Shown here: piece by piece, positions 16,666-26,601 of the stretch | Numbering within the stretch: position 1 is the first letter of the stretch | How the letters are laid out: each line of letters starts with the position of its first letter | Assembly (NCBI GenBank): GCA_963801165.1 | Contig: CAWDDT010000004.1 | Location: forward strand, 64,001 to 128,000 | Origin: an uncultured bacterium | GTDB taxonomy: Bacteria; Actinomycetota; Acidimicrobiia; Spongiisociales; UBA5794 | DNA: 64,000 nt | Direction: 5' to 3' | Made by a program: the position numbers and the translations under genes | The notes under the pieces: generated by a model | The model's database searches: none | What the model was told of the DNA's origin: nothing | The model's input: only the letters and a program-made list of their open reading frames with translations

Positions 16666-18108
16666 GTGACGCTCGTTGCTGGGGTCGACTGCTCTACTCA
16701 GTCCACCAAGGTCTTGGTCGTCGATCTCGAGTCGGGCGAACAGATCGCCATCGGGCGAGCCTCCCACGTGGTGTTCGGTACCGGTGGGGCCCGTGAGTCC
16801 GACCCCGAGGGCTGGTGGACCGCATTGCGGGACGCCGTCGCCATGACAGGCATGGGCGCCGAGATCGGAGCCATATCCGTCGCCGGTCAGCAGCACGGCA
16901 TGGTGGTGCTCGACGCCGCCGGCCGCCCGCTGCGAGCTGCCAAGCTCTGGAACGACACCGAATCTGCGCCGGATGCGGCAGCGCTGGCCGAAGCCCTTGG
17001 TGGCCCCGATTGGTGGGCGAACCACATCGGATTGGTTCCGGTTGCCTCATTCACGGCAACGAAGTGGGCCTGGCTGCGTCGTATGGAGCCCGATGTCGCG
17101 GCTGCGACCGCGGCGATCCGGCTGCCTCACGATTTTGTCACGGAGCGCCTAACGGGAGTCGGTGCATCCGACCGCGGAGATACCTCGGGTACCGCATGGT
17201 GGTCCACCGAGACCGGCGAATACGCTGCCGCCGTCCTGGAGCACGCGTTGATCCAGCTGGATCCGGCACTTCTCCCCAAAGTCCTCGGGCCCGATGAGCG
17301 CGCCGGGACCGTCACGACGGCGGCGTCGGAGTTTCTCGGGATCCCGGAGGGCATTGCGGTCGGGCCCGGCACGGGCGACAACGCCGGTGCTGCGGTCGGT
17401 CTCGGGCTGGAGTCCGGAGTTCCGGTGATCAGCCTCGGCACCTCGGGTACCGCGTTCATGGTCTCGGAGTCCCGGATCATCGACCCGACCGGGACGGTTG
17501 CCGGGTTTGCCGACGCCACCGGGCGGTTCCTGCCTCTGGCGGCGACCCTCAATTGCACTGTGGCCGTCGACCGGCTGGCGGCGTGGCTCGGTCTCGACCG
17601 CGAGGATGTTGCCAACGAGACCGGGGTGGTGGTACTCCCGTACTTCGATGGCGAGCGCACCCCCAATCTGCCGAACGCCGCAGCAACCATCGTTGGGCTC
17701 CGGCACACAACCGAGCCGCGCGAGATCCTGCTCGCTGCCTATCGCGGCGCCGTTGTCGGCTTGCTCGATGCGTTGGACGTGATCGATAGCCGGAGCTCGG
17801 GTATCGCCGAAGACGCACCGGTCGTTCTCGTCGGCGGGGGCGCCAAGGGAGAGACATGGCGGAAAGTCGTCGGGCGGATGACGGGCCGGGCGGTGCAGAT
17901 TCCGGAGAACACCGAGCTGGTCGCCCTGGGTGCAGCCGCTCAGGCCGGGGCCATGGTCACGGGGGAGACCCCCGACGAGGTCGCCCGTCGCTGGGATACT
18001 CGCAGGGGGACGACGCTCGACCCCGTGCCGCGAGACGACGAGGCCAGAGCACGCATCGATCGGGTCCGGGAACTCACCGCTGAGTTCAACGAGGAGCGTC
18101 TCGGCTGA
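16666..18108 (+). CDS. xylB: Xylulokinase (FGGY family)
   Basis: AGVDCSTQSTK, AGQQHGMV, AKLWNDT, GTGDNAG, SLGTSG, GERTP, GGGAK. Confidence 0.85.
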   Translation: MTLVAGVDCSTQSTKVLVVDLESGEQIAIGRASHVVFGTGGARESDPEGWWTALRDAVAMTGMGAEIGAISVAGQQHGMVVLDAAGRPLRAAKLWNDTESAPDAAALAEALGGPDWWANHIGLVPVASFTATKWAWLRRMEPDVAAATAAIRLPHDFVTERLTGVGASDRGDTSGTAWWSTETGEYAAAVLEHALIQLDPALLPKVLGPDERAGTVTTAASEFLGIPEGIAVGPGTGDNAGAAVGLGLESGVPVISLGTSGTAFMVSESRIIDPTGTVAGFADATGRFLPLAATLNCTVAVDRLAAWLGLDREDVANETGVVVLPYFDGERTPNLPNAAATIVGLRHTTEPREILLAAYRGAVVGLLDALDVIDSRSSGIAEDAPVVLVGGGAKGETWRKVVGRMTGRAVQIPENTELVALGAAAQAGAMVTGETPDEVARRWDTRRGTTLDPVPRDDEARARIDRVRELTAEFNEERLG

Positions 18109-18135
18109 GCACGATGTAGGTCAGCTGTCCCCAAG

Positions 18136-18163
18136 GGTGATGCTGATCACAATTAGCATCACC
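18136..18163. terminator. Hairpin after xylB (possible terminator or operator)
   Basis: Inverted repeat GGTGATGCTGA / TTAGCATCACC; no U-tract. Confidence 0.4.
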
Positions 18164-18197
18164 ACTCGAGAATCTGTCGAGCTCGATCACACTTTGT

Positions 18198-18225
18198 TCT
18201 CAGGAAACTCCCAGGGTTCGCACAG
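18198..18225 (+). promoter_or_regulatory. OmpR-family (MprA/PhoP-like) direct-repeat box upstream of the response regulator
   Basis: TCTCAG-N5-TCCCAG-N5-GCACAG with an 11-bp period. Confidence 0.65.
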
Positions 18226-18272
18226 GTTTGGCTAAGGCTGGGCATCTATGGTTGGCTTCGTTGAACCACGGA

Positions 18273-19004
18273 ATGGACACTCTGGGAGTAGGCGTGGAGA
18301 CTCACAAAACCAACACCCCGCGAGCTCAGGTGCTTGTTGTCGACGATGAGGAATCGCTTGTCGACATGTTGACGACGGCATTGCGCTTCACCGGCTACGA
18401 CGTTGTCAGTGCAGGATCGGGTTTCGATGCGTTGCGTGCGGTCAAGGACTCCCGACCGGACCTGATAGTGCTCGATGTGAACATGCCCGACCTCGACGGC
18501 TTCGAGGTGTGCCGGCGTATCCGGCGTGACGGCATCGATTCCCCTGTCATCTTCTTGACGGCGCGCGATGCACCTGAGGATCTCCGCATGGGCTTCTCTC
18601 ATGGTGGCGACGACTACTTGACCAAACCGTTCAGCCTCGAGGAGCTTTCGCTCCGGATCGAGGCCATTCTGCGCCGGGTGCGTGGCACCGGGACCGAATC
18701 GAACCGGCTCGTCTGTGGCGAGTTGCTTCTCGATGAAGATGCGCACCAGGTTTTCGTGGGTGCCAACGAGATCGAGCTGTCACCGACCGAGTTCCGGTTG
18801 CTGCGCTACCTCATGCTCAACCAGGGCCGGGCGCTATCGAAGCTGCAGATCCTGGACTACGTCTGGGAATACGACTTCGATGGCAACGCCGCGGTTGTGG
18901 AGACCTACATCAGCTATCTACGCAAGAAGCTCGGGCCCGAGGCCGCCGAATGGTTGCGAACGGTGCGTGGGGTCGGGTACATGTTGCGGCATACGTCGGC
19001 GTGA
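18273..19004 (+). CDS. OmpR/PhoP family response regulator
   Basis: VLVVDDE, LIVLDVNMP, FLTA, YLTKPF, winged helix LSPTEFRLL..VETYISYLRKK..TVRGVGY. Confidence 0.95.
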   Translation: MDTLGVGVETHKTNTPRAQVLVVDDEESLVDMLTTALRFTGYDVVSAGSGFDALRAVKDSRPDLIVLDVNMPDLDGFEVCRRIRRDGIDSPVIFLTARDAPEDLRMGFSHGGDDYLTKPFSLEELSLRIEAILRRVRGTGTESNRLVCGELLLDEDAHQVFVGANEIELSPTEFRLLRYLMLNQGRALSKLQILDYVWEYDFDGNAAVVETYISYLRKKLGPEAAEWLRTVRGVGYMLRHTSA

Positions 19005-19008
19005 CACG

Positions 19009-20391
19009 ATGCGGTTACGTACCCAGCTGGTAGTCACCTTCACCCTGTTGCTGCTGGCGGTGATAACCGCGGTCGCATTTGTTGTCGTCCGCTCGAGCCG
19101 GGCGGTGCTCACCAATCAGGTCGACGACTCGCTCAGGGGAATCCAGATCCGTATCGAGCCGAACCGGCTGATTCCCATAGGTGCTCCCAATCGAGCCGGG
19201 GACCCTTCCCCCCAGCATGTTGCCCACATCGTGCTCGACGCCGCCGGCAACGTCGTATTCGAGGACCCGTCGGGTTTTCGCGATTCGCCCGATCCTCTGC
19301 CCTACATCACCGACCTCTTCGAGAACGCGTCTCTTCGTGAGATCGTGACGATTCCCTCCGTCGACGGGTCGTTGCACTACCGGGCGTTCTACCAGGAACA
19401 GCCAGACGGGCGCGCCGATGTGTGGGCGGCGCCGCTTACCGAGGTGGACAACGCGGTCAATCGGATGCTGCGGATGCTGCTGCTGGCGGGTGCCGGTGTC
19501 GCTCTGATCGGGGCGACGGCGACGTGGTGGCTGGTGAGGCGCGGTCTCCAACCTGTCGATCACATGGTCGAAACCGCTACTGCGATAGGCGGCGGCGATC
19601 TGAGCCGCCGGGTACCCGCGGCCAAGCCGAAGACCGAGCTCGGTCACCTGGGCCTGGCGCTCAACGAGATGATGACCCAGATCGAGGATGCCTTCGCCCA
19701 CGAAGCGGAAGCACAGGAGCGGCTCAAGACGTTTGTCGCCGATGCGTCCCACGAGTTGCGAACCCCGATCGCCGCCATCCAGGGCTATGCCGAGCTGTAC
19801 CGGAAGGGTGCGCTCGAGGAGGAGGGGGCGCTGAACAATGCGATGCGCCGGGTCACATCCGACGCGGCCCGGATGCACCGGCTGGTCAGCGACCTGCTGC
19901 TGCTGGCCCGACTCGATCGCGGTCAGGTGAGCGAGCCGCGCTCGATCAACGTCGCCAACGTCATCCACGATGCGGTCACCGACTTCGGGGCCATCGATCC
20001 GGAGCGGGATATCGTGGTCGAGGGGAGCCTCGACTCTGCGAAGGTGCTCGGTGACTATCACCAGCTCGCCCAGGTCTTCTCGAACCTACTGGCGAATGCC
20101 CGTATGCACACTCCGGCCGGCACACCGGTGACGATCCGGATGCGCCACGATGCTGCCGCTGTCGTCGTCGACGTCATCGACGACGGCCCGGGTCTGCCCG
20201 AGGATGTCACGGCAAAGGTGTTCGATCGCTTCTACCGGATCGACACGTCACGAGCCCGTAAGAGCGGTGGCAGCGGTCTCGGTCTGGCCATCGTGGCTGC
20301 GATCGTCGCCGAGCACGGCGGCACGGTGGAGGCCGGCAACGAGCCGGGCCGTGGGGCGAGGTTCACCGTACGGCTCCCGGTGGTTGCCTAA
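19009..20391 (+). CDS. Membrane sensor histidine kinase (HAMP-HisKA-HATPase)
   Basis: Two TMs, DASHELRTP, NLLANA, DDGPG, FDRFYR, GSGLGL; ATG at 19009. Confidence 0.95.
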   Translation: MRLRTQLVVTFTLLLLAVITAVAFVVVRSSRAVLTNQVDDSLRGIQIRIEPNRLIPIGAPNRAGDPSPQHVAHIVLDAAGNVVFEDPSGFRDSPDPLPYITDLFENASLREIVTIPSVDGSLHYRAFYQEQPDGRADVWAAPLTEVDNAVNRMLRMLLLAGAGVALIGATATWWLVRRGLQPVDHMVETATAIGGGDLSRRVPAAKPKTELGHLGLALNEMMTQIEDAFAHEAEAQERLKTFVADASHELRTPIAAIQGYAELYRKGALEEEGALNNAMRRVTSDAARMHRLVSDLLLLARLDRGQVSEPRSINVANVIHDAVTDFGAIDPERDIVVEGSLDSAKVLGDYHQLAQVFSNLLANARMHTPAGTPVTIRMRHDAAAVVVDVIDDGPGLPEDVTAKVFDRFYRIDTSRARKSGGSGLGLAIVAAIVAEHGGTVEAGNEPGRGARFTVRLPVVA

Positions 20392-20395
20392 TCCC

Positions 20396-20690
20396 TCTCA
20401 GGTCCAGCTCCGCCGGCCAGGCGTACCTCAACGCCACGGGGTAGATGTGCGCCGGGTTTGCCGCCGCTGATTACCACGAGCTGGCTGTCGATGCGCTGCG
20501 TTGCCAGATCGATTCGACTTGTGTCGATTGCCAGCGTGTCGGTCTGGATGTCGATCGTCGCGGTTCGCTGACCTCGATCGAATCGGCTCAGATCGGGTAC
20601 GAAGGCCTCGATCAGAAACCGGCCACCCGGTCGCAGGTGAGACGCAACCGAACGGAAGCAACTCAGCTGGGCATCATGTGTGAGTAGGCC
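20396..20690 (-). pseudogene. Internal fragment of a class I SAM-dependent methyltransferase with a frameshift
   Basis: Minus strand reads LLTHDAQLSCFRSVASHLRPGGRFLIEAFVPDLSRF..., then after a frameshift HIYPVALRYAWPAELDL; both termini are missing. Confidence 0.75.
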
Positions 20691-20824
20691 AAGGATTCCC
20701 CGGTCGTATTGGTGGTGGGATCACCTGACCGCCGCGGCGAACCGTGACGCCTGGCCGTCCCTCGCAGTGGTGTCGACGGCGTAGCATGTGGGTCCGCCCG
20801 CCGAGATGAGAAAGGGCGTGTCGC

Positions 20825-21805
20825 GTGAAGACACCGGGAGCACTCGAGGCGGACGCGATGCCGGACGGGCCTGCGCTGACGGCCCAGCGTCTCACCAAGC
20901 GGTTCGGGGACCGCCTCGCGGTGGACGACGTCTCGTTCGAGGTGGCGCGCGGCGAGGTGTTCGGGTTCCTGGGTCCCAACGGCGCCGGCAAGACGACCAC
21001 GGTGCGCATGCTGGGGACGCTGATCGCGCCGACATCGGGCTCCGCGTCCGTCCTCGGCATCCCCATCACCCGGACGAGTGGCGTTGAGATCCGGCAACGG
21101 GTCGCCGTCATGCCGGAGGTGCCGGGGCTGTATGCCCGGCTCAGCGTCCGCGAGAACCTCGAATGCTTCGCCGACCTGTACGAGACGCCCGATCCGAAGG
21201 CGCGCATCGGCCAGGCGCTCGAACTGGTCCACCTGTCAGACCGGGCAAATGACGTCTGCGGTGGCCTGTCGAAGGGACTCCGACAGCGGGTCGCCCTGGC
21301 CCGGGCCCTGCTGAGCGACCCGGAGGTCCTGTTCCTCGACGAGCCCACGGCAGGACTCGATCCGGCCGCGGCCCTGGAGGTGCACCAACTGATCGACGGC
21401 CTTCGCAAGCAGGGCGTGACGATCTTCCTCACCACCCATCGGCTGGAAGAAGCGGAGCGGCTGTGCGACCGCGTCGCCATCCTGAACACGAGCCTGCGGA
21501 GCATCGGCAAGCCGGAAGCCTTGCGTGATCAGCTGTTCAAGCGTTCCCTGGTCGTGCGGACCGCTGCACCCCTGGCCGATCCGGACGCCGTGTTCAGCGG
21601 TCTGCCGGGGGTGGACGGTTGGCACGCCGATGGCGTGGCCTCCTACGTGCTTGCCGTGACGGACGCCTCGATGGCCGCTCCGTCGGTGACGCGCGCGCTG
21701 GTTGCCGCAGGCGCCGACGTGCTCACCGTCGGCAAGTCGCAGCACTCACTCGAGGATGTCTACCTGGAGCTGGTCGACGAGAGCCGGCCGGCGGCGGCGT
21801 CATGA
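20825..21805 (+). CDS. ABC transporter ATP-binding protein
   Basis: GPNGAGKT, LSKGLRQR, LFLDEP, TTH. Confidence 0.93.
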   Translation: MKTPGALEADAMPDGPALTAQRLTKRFGDRLAVDDVSFEVARGEVFGFLGPNGAGKTTTVRMLGTLIAPTSGSASVLGIPITRTSGVEIRQRVAVMPEVPGLYARLSVRENLECFADLYETPDPKARIGQALELVHLSDRANDVCGGLSKGLRQRVALARALLSDPEVLFLDEPTAGLDPAAALEVHQLIDGLRKQGVTIFLTTHRLEEAERLCDRVAILNTSLRSIGKPEALRDQLFKRSLVVRTAAPLADPDAVFSGLPGVDGWHADGVASYVLAVTDASMAAPSVTRALVAAGADVLTVGKSQHSLEDVYLELVDESRPAAAS

Positions 21806-22524
21806 ACCACAGCTGGCGGCGCATCAGCGCCATCACCCGCAAGGAGCTGCGCGAGTACGTGCGCAACCGACCTGTGCTGGTGGCCGTGGCGATATTCCCG
21901 CTCATCTTCCTGATCCAGCCCGTGGTGCTGGTCCTGAAGCTGCCCACTGAGGTCGCGGTCCAGCTGAGCCAACGACACCTCCTGCTCTACATGCTGGCGG
22001 TGCCGATCCTGGCGCCCGGCATCCTGGGCGGGTATTCCGTAGCGGGGGAGCGTCAGCAGGAGAGCCTGGAGCCGGCGCTCACCACGCCCATCCGCAGCGA
22101 CGAGTTCCTGCTGGGCAAAGCGATTGCCGCCGTGGTGCCCTCGGTGGTGATCGCGTACCTGGTCTTTTCCCTGTTTATGGGCTTCGTACTGCTCTTTGCC
22201 CCGCCGGGGGTCGGTTCCGGTCTGCTGCAGCCAGGCGACATCGCCGCACAGGCCATCCTCACCCCGTTGCTCGCCGCGGCGGCGACGTGGATCTCGGTGG
22301 CCGTCTCGACCCGCATGAGCGACACGCGGGTGGCGCAGCAGCTCAGCCTGCTCGGGTGCATGCCGCTGGTGGTGGTGACCTCTCTCGTCGCCTTTGACGT
22401 GATCCCCATTCAGGACACGCCGCTGGTCCCCGTGGCGGTGCTGCTTCTCGTCGCCGATGTCGTGGGCTGGCGCCTGGTTGTGCCCCTGTTCAACAGGGAA
22501 CGCCTGATCACCGGATCGAGGTAG
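21802..22524 (+). CDS. ABC-2 type permease
   Basis: RKELRE, SVAGERQQESLEPALTTP, LLGK; about 6 TMs; 4-bp overlap with the ATPase gene. Confidence 0.9.
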   Translation: MNHSWRRISAITRKELREYVRNRPVLVAVAIFPLIFLIQPVVLVLKLPTEVAVQLSQRHLLLYMLAVPILAPGILGGYSVAGERQQESLEPALTTPIRSDEFLLGKAIAAVVPSVVIAYLVFSLFMGFVLLFAPPGVGSGLLQPGDIAAQAILTPLLAAAATWISVAVSTRMSDTRVAQQLSLLGCMPLVVVTSLVAFDVIPIQDTPLVPVAVLLLVADVVGWRLVVPLFNRERLITGSR

Positions 22525-22579
22525 CCTGCCGACCGCGACGTCGGAGCCGGGCTCACGGCCCCACGTCGGGACCGTTCGG

Positions 22580-22730
22580 TCACCAGGCCGGAGCGCGGTC
22601 GGCGATCGCCACGATGTCAGTGGCGTCGACGGACGCGGGCCCTCCCGTGTACCGGGCCTCGAACCGGATATGGGTGAAGCCGGCGAGCTCGAGGATCAGG
22701 CGCAGCTCCTGCGCCGAAGTAGAGCGAGCG
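22580..22730 (-). pseudogene. C-terminal remnant of a SAM-dependent methyltransferase
   Basis: (LYF)AQELRLILELAGFTHIRFEARYTGGPASVDATDIVAIA, with an apparent frameshift just upstream. Confidence 0.55.
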
Positions 22731-22779
22731 GCACCCGGCCAGCATGTCCTCCGAGGGTCCGCCTCATGGACGCCGAGGC

Positions 22780-23024
22780 CCTCCGCCACCAGCGGGATCC
22801 AGGGGTCAAAGCCCCGCACCGGCGTCGGTGTCATCGACGGTAACCATTTCGTATTCGTCGTCGTCGACGGTCGGGCCACCGGATACAGTCGGGGCGTCAC
22901 CATGACCGAGTTTGCCGGCAACTACGGAATCATCCATCTGCTGTACCGGCGGTTCGGGATCAACCTCGCCTTGGCCAAGATCGCCACCGAATCGGTGCTC
23001 TTTGCAGCCAGCTACCACGCCTAG
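22780..23024 (+). pseudogene. Fused remnants of a phosphodiester-glycosidase (NAGPA-like) gene and a GtrA-like gene
   Basis: PRTGVGVIDGNHFVFVVVDGRATGYSRGVTMTEFA (NAGPA-like) runs directly into NYGIIHLL..GINLALAKIATESVLFAASY (GtrA-like C-terminus). Confidence 0.6.
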
Positions 23025-23145
23025 CGGACCTTCGTGTTTCGTCCCGAGAAGGTCGAATCGGTGTCGCGGTCGGTTCTTGCCGACTACCGCTGAGCGGAAT
23101 GAGCCGGCGACCCGAACCGCGCCCGGGTCATGCCGGGCATTCGGG

Positions 23146-23541
23146 TCAGTCGCGCAACAACTCGATCCTGCAGCGTGGGCCGTGGGCGGCGGCGAGTCTG
23201 CGGTCGAGCGTGAGCAATGTTGCGTTGGCCCGCTCGGCGATTGCGACATAGGCGGCGTCGTACGGCGTGACGGAGTCCCTCAGTTCCCAAATTCGGCGCA
23301 CGAAGTTGGCGTGGGAGTGGCGGTAGATTCTCATCCGGCTAAGCCCGCCCAGGACATGCAGCGCGTCAGGGGGTGTGACTTCGCCCTGTACTGCTAACCG
23401 CCTCAGCGCGGAAAGGACTTCGAGATCGATCAACTCAGGGGCGTGGATCTCGGTCGAGCCGAGGCGGTAGCGGGCGAGCCGACCGTACTCGCCCGACGAC
23501 AACAGGGCCTCGAGCACGACCCCGGCGTCAGCGACGATCAC
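23146..23541 (-). CDS. VapC-type PIN domain toxin
   Basis: IVADAG, APELIDLEV, YDAAYVAIAE, LLTLDRRL; GTG start at 23541 overlaps the antitoxin. Confidence 0.9.
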   Translation of the reverse strand: MIVADAGVVLEALLSSGEYGRLARYRLGSTEIHAPELIDLEVLSALRRLAVQGEVTPPDALHVLGGLSRMRIYRHSHANFVRRIWELRDSVTPYDAAYVAIAERANATLLTLDRRLAAAHGPRCRIELLRD

Positions 23542-23761
23542 GTTTGTCTGCGATGATCGCATCGACGATGACATCGTGGTCGATGTCGATTCGATACGGT
23601 TCCATCTCCTCGAATACCTCGGCGAGCGACTTTTGCTCGAGCAGATTGCTCAGCTCCCGCTTTAGGAAGTCGGAAAGCGACATTCCCTCTCGAGCGGCCC
23701 GCGCCTTGAGCTCGGCGTGCATCTCTTCCGGTACGTTGCGGATCTGGATCATCTTTGACAC
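23528..23761 (-). CDS. FitA/VapB-like ribbon-helix-helix antitoxin
   Basis: MIQIRNVPEEMHAELKARAAREGMSLSDFL; acidic C-terminus; upstream of the PIN toxin. Confidence 0.88.
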   Translation of the reverse strand: MSKMIQIRNVPEEMHAELKARAAREGMSLSDFLKRELSNLLEQKSLAEVFEEMEPYRIDIDHDVIVDAIIADKRDRR

Positions 23762-23774
23762 ACTCCCAACCTAG

Positions 23775-23793
23775 CACATGTGTCTCACATGTG
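23775..23793. promoter_or_regulatory. Candidate TA operator CACATGTG-TCT-CACATGTG
   Basis: Two palindromic octamers 14 bp upstream of the antitoxin start. Confidence 0.6.
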
Positions 23794-23836
23794 GCAGAGA
23801 TATCAGAAGTAGAATGCCATACCTAGAGATATATAG

Positions 23837-24520
23837 TCACCCGTGGATGATGCGGCTGATGACATCCTGATCGGGCTTGCCGTCGTAGACGACCTCGCCA
23901 TCGCGCAGCCCGATACAGCGGGAGGAGATGGTAGTGAGGTTGGGCTGATGGGTCGAGCAGATGACGCTCTTACCGGCCTCGGCGAGAGCGCCGAGGATCG
24001 TCACCAGGGCGTTCTGCCCGGCGACGTCGAGCCCGAGGAACGGCTCGTCGATGAGCAGCAGCTCGAAGGGGCGTACCAGCCCGACGATCATCGCCGCCTT
24101 CTGCCGCATGCCCCGAGAGAACCTGGCAGGCAGATCGTCCATCCGGTCGGTGAGTTGGAAGTTGGCGAGGAGCTCCTCGGCTGCCGCCTCCCATTCGGGG
24201 GCGTTGTGGAGCGCGGCGTTGAAGGCGATGTGCTCCCAAAGTGTGAGGTCGTTGTAGAGGATCGGCTCGTCGGGGAGGTAGCTGCGGCTGGTGCGGGCGG
24301 TGACGCTGTCGGGAGACGCACCGAGGATGGAAACGGAGCCTTCTGTGGGGTCGAGAAAGCCGCTGAGCAGACCGAGCAGCGTGCTCTTGCCCGATCCGTT
24401 GTGTCCGACGAGCAGCACCAGCTCGCCGCTCCCAACCGTCAGGTCGGTTGGGGAGAGGCCGAAACCGTCGCCGTAGTCCTTGGCGAGTTGTTCTGCGGAC
24501 ACCACAGGTTGGTCGTTCAT
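23837..24520 (-). CDS. ABC transporter ATP-binding protein
   Basis: GHNGSGKS, FSRGMRQK, LLIDEP; ATG at 24520. Confidence 0.92.
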   Translation of the reverse strand: MNDQPVVSAEQLAKDYGDGFGLSPTDLTVGSGELVLLVGHNGSGKSTLLGLLSGFLDPTEGSVSILGASPDSVTARTSRSYLPDEPILYNDLTLWEHIAFNAALHNAPEWEAAAEELLANFQLTDRMDDLPARFSRGMRQKAAMIVGLVRPFELLLIDEPFLGLDVAGQNALVTILGALAEAGKSVICSTHQPNLTTISSRCIGLRDGEVVYDGKPDQDVISRIIHG

Positions 24521-26073
24521 GTCATCTCCGGTTTGCGAGAACGTAGCCACATCAGGGCGAGGCTGCAGGTGATCCCCATGAGGAACAGGCTGTTGGTACC
24601 GCTCGCAGCGGGCGCAACATCGCCGACGATCCCGGCGACGACCGGGATAAGGGGGATGACGGCGATCGCCGGCGGCGCCAGAATCCGCGGCACGGTGGTG
24701 AGGGCAAACATCTCGGACTCCATAGATGCCGACGAGATCGTGGGCGCCCCGAGAACCGTGCTGACCCCGGCACCGACTGCGGCGCCTACGGTTGCGGCAG
24801 GCACGGCACCGAGTGCGACGACCAGCATGTCGACGCCGCCGACGAGCCAGGCCGTCACTACCGCGACAACGGCAACCGGCGCCATGCACGCGGCGCCGGC
24901 CATGGTGAGCCGGACCACAATGTCACCCGGCCAGACCGGTTTGTTGGCCCAGAGCGTCGGCTTGTCTATCTCCTGGGCGAGCGCCTCGACGAAGTCGTAG
25001 GCAGCGAGGAACAGGAGCAGACCGGTGAGCAACGCCACAGGGGCGGCCCACCGTTGTGCCAGCCCCAGGGCAGCCCCGGCGCCTATCCCGAGCGTCGCCG
25101 CCCTGATGAGCGTCGACGGCGGCGAGTGGAGAAGGCCGCGCATGGTTCGCTGGAGCGCCGGCGCCCGGTTCCCTGTCGTGCGGGGGATCGGGAGCCACGC
25201 CTTCGATCTGTGAGTGTGCCCGGTGAGGCGGCGCCGCAGCACCACCACCGTCCGCAGATCCTGCATCGTGAGCGCGAATCGGATCTGGCTCACCAGACCG
25301 GAACGACGCAGCGCGGCCTCGAGCGAGATGGAGCCGGCCGAGGCCATGGCGAGAAAGAGCAGCGCAGCGACGACAACGATCCCGATGAGTGAGGTGACTC
25401 GAGCCGTGTCTTTGAGCAGAGCGAGCTCACCGATGAGACTCATCGGCGATGTAGCCGTCCTGGCGACCAGGTCGGCCGCAGACCACCCGACGACGGCAAG
25501 CCCGATTACGGCGGCGCCGGTCGGTTTGAGCCGGTGTCCGGAAGCGACGAGCGCAGACGCAAACAGTGCGACGGCCGTAAGCACACCCACGACGCCAAAC
25601 CCGACGACGAGCAGGAATGCTCCCCCCGGCAGCGCCGCCGAGGTACCGAGACCGACAGCCATACCACCACCTGCCCCCCAGGTCGCTGCCGAGCGGAGCT
25701 GGCTGAGCGCGCTGCGTCTTGTGATGAACGCCCGATCGACCGGGGATTGGAGCAGGTAGTGCACTGTCGGTGGCTCGAACACCAGAGGCCCGCCACGCGA
25801 GCCCGATCGCAGCCCGACGGCAACAGCAAGCGCGAGCACCAGCCCGACCACCGCAGGCGCACGGGCGATGACTGTGGCGAACTCGCCGGCGGTGACCTGG
25901 TCTTCGGGCAGGAACGAGGCGACCACGGCCGCCGCCCCGGCGAGGGCGAAGCCGGCAACATACGCCTGGTAGAGCGCCTCCCAGAAGTCGATCCGTTGCC
26001 GCCGCGAGTCCCGCCGGGCTCGCTCCAGATCACGAACCGCGTCGCGCGCGTCGAACTCTGCTTCCTCGGTCAT
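24517..26073 (-). CDS. Large membrane protein, probable ABC exporter permease
   Basis: Many TMs; RGGPL..EPP..YLL.SP motif; 4-bp overlap with the ATPase gene. Confidence 0.8.
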   Translation of the reverse strand: MTEEAEFDARDAVRDLERARRDSRRQRIDFWEALYQAYVAGFALAGAAAVVASFLPEDQVTAGEFATVIARAPAVVGLVLALAVAVGLRSGSRGGPLVFEPPTVHYLLQSPVDRAFITRRSALSQLRSAATWGAGGGMAVGLGTSAALPGGAFLLVVGFGVVGVLTAVALFASALVASGHRLKPTGAAVIGLAVVGWSAADLVARTATSPMSLIGELALLKDTARVTSLIGIVVVAALLFLAMASAGSISLEAALRRSGLVSQIRFALTMQDLRTVVVLRRRLTGHTHRSKAWLPIPRTTGNRAPALQRTMRGLLHSPPSTLIRAATLGIGAGAALGLAQRWAAPVALLTGLLLFLAAYDFVEALAQEIDKPTLWANKPVWPGDIVVRLTMAGAACMAPVAVVAVVTAWLVGGVDMLVVALGAVPAATVGAAVGAGVSTVLGAPTISSASMESEMFALTTVPRILAPPAIAVIPLIPVVAGIVGDVAPAASGTNSLFLMGITCSLALMWLRSRKPEMT

Positions 26074-26118
26074 TCGGACGATTGTGGCACTTCTCGGCCC
26101 GGAGCCGTGCCACGCGGG

Positions 26119-26601
26119 TCATTCAATCCAGTGGTTGTCGTGTTGGAGGTAGAACGCCAGACGCTCGTCGTCCGACATCGTGGCAACCTCGACCAACCCC
26201 TCGAAGTAGCCCTCGCGGGGAGCACCCGGTGTGAATAGGAGCAGCATCGACGCCGGCACACCGGCAGTGCTGCGGAATCCGTGGATCCCCCCCGGCGGGA
26301 CGAACACGAAGTCGCCCGGCTTGGTGTCGACCCATTCGTGACCGTTGAAGATCAACATAGATCCACTGAGGATGTAGAACGACTCGGCGATCGTGCGGTG
26401 GTAGTGCGGGCCGGGGCCACTCTCGGCCGGTCCCGTGGTCCACCGGTACAGACCCATCAGGCCGCCACTCCCGGCACCTGTAGTGAGATAGTGGACGGTG
26501 GTGCCGTTGGGGTATATCAAGTCCGGAGGCGCATCGGACGGGTGGAGACGTGCCGTCGTCTCGCCTTCTGAACCTCCGTAGAGGGCCGGTGGGTAACTCA
26601 C
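26119..26601 (-). CDS. Cupin domain protein
   Basis: PHYHRTIAESFYILSG ... PGDFVFVPPGGIHGF. Confidence 0.9.
   Translation of the reverse strand: MSYPPALYGGSEGETTARLHPSDAPPDLIYPNGTTVHYLTTGAGSGGLMGLYRWTTGPAESGPGPHYHRTIAESFYILSGSMLIFNGHEWVDTKPGDFVFVPPGGIHGFRSTAGVPASMLLLFTPGAPREGYFEGLVEVATMSDDERLAFYLQHDNHWIE

Noticed and set aside
20396-22730. One methyltransferase gene interrupted by insertion of the ABC pair
   Set aside because: On the minus strand the C-terminal piece comes before the internal piece, and both contain the ELxL segment, so they derive from different genes.
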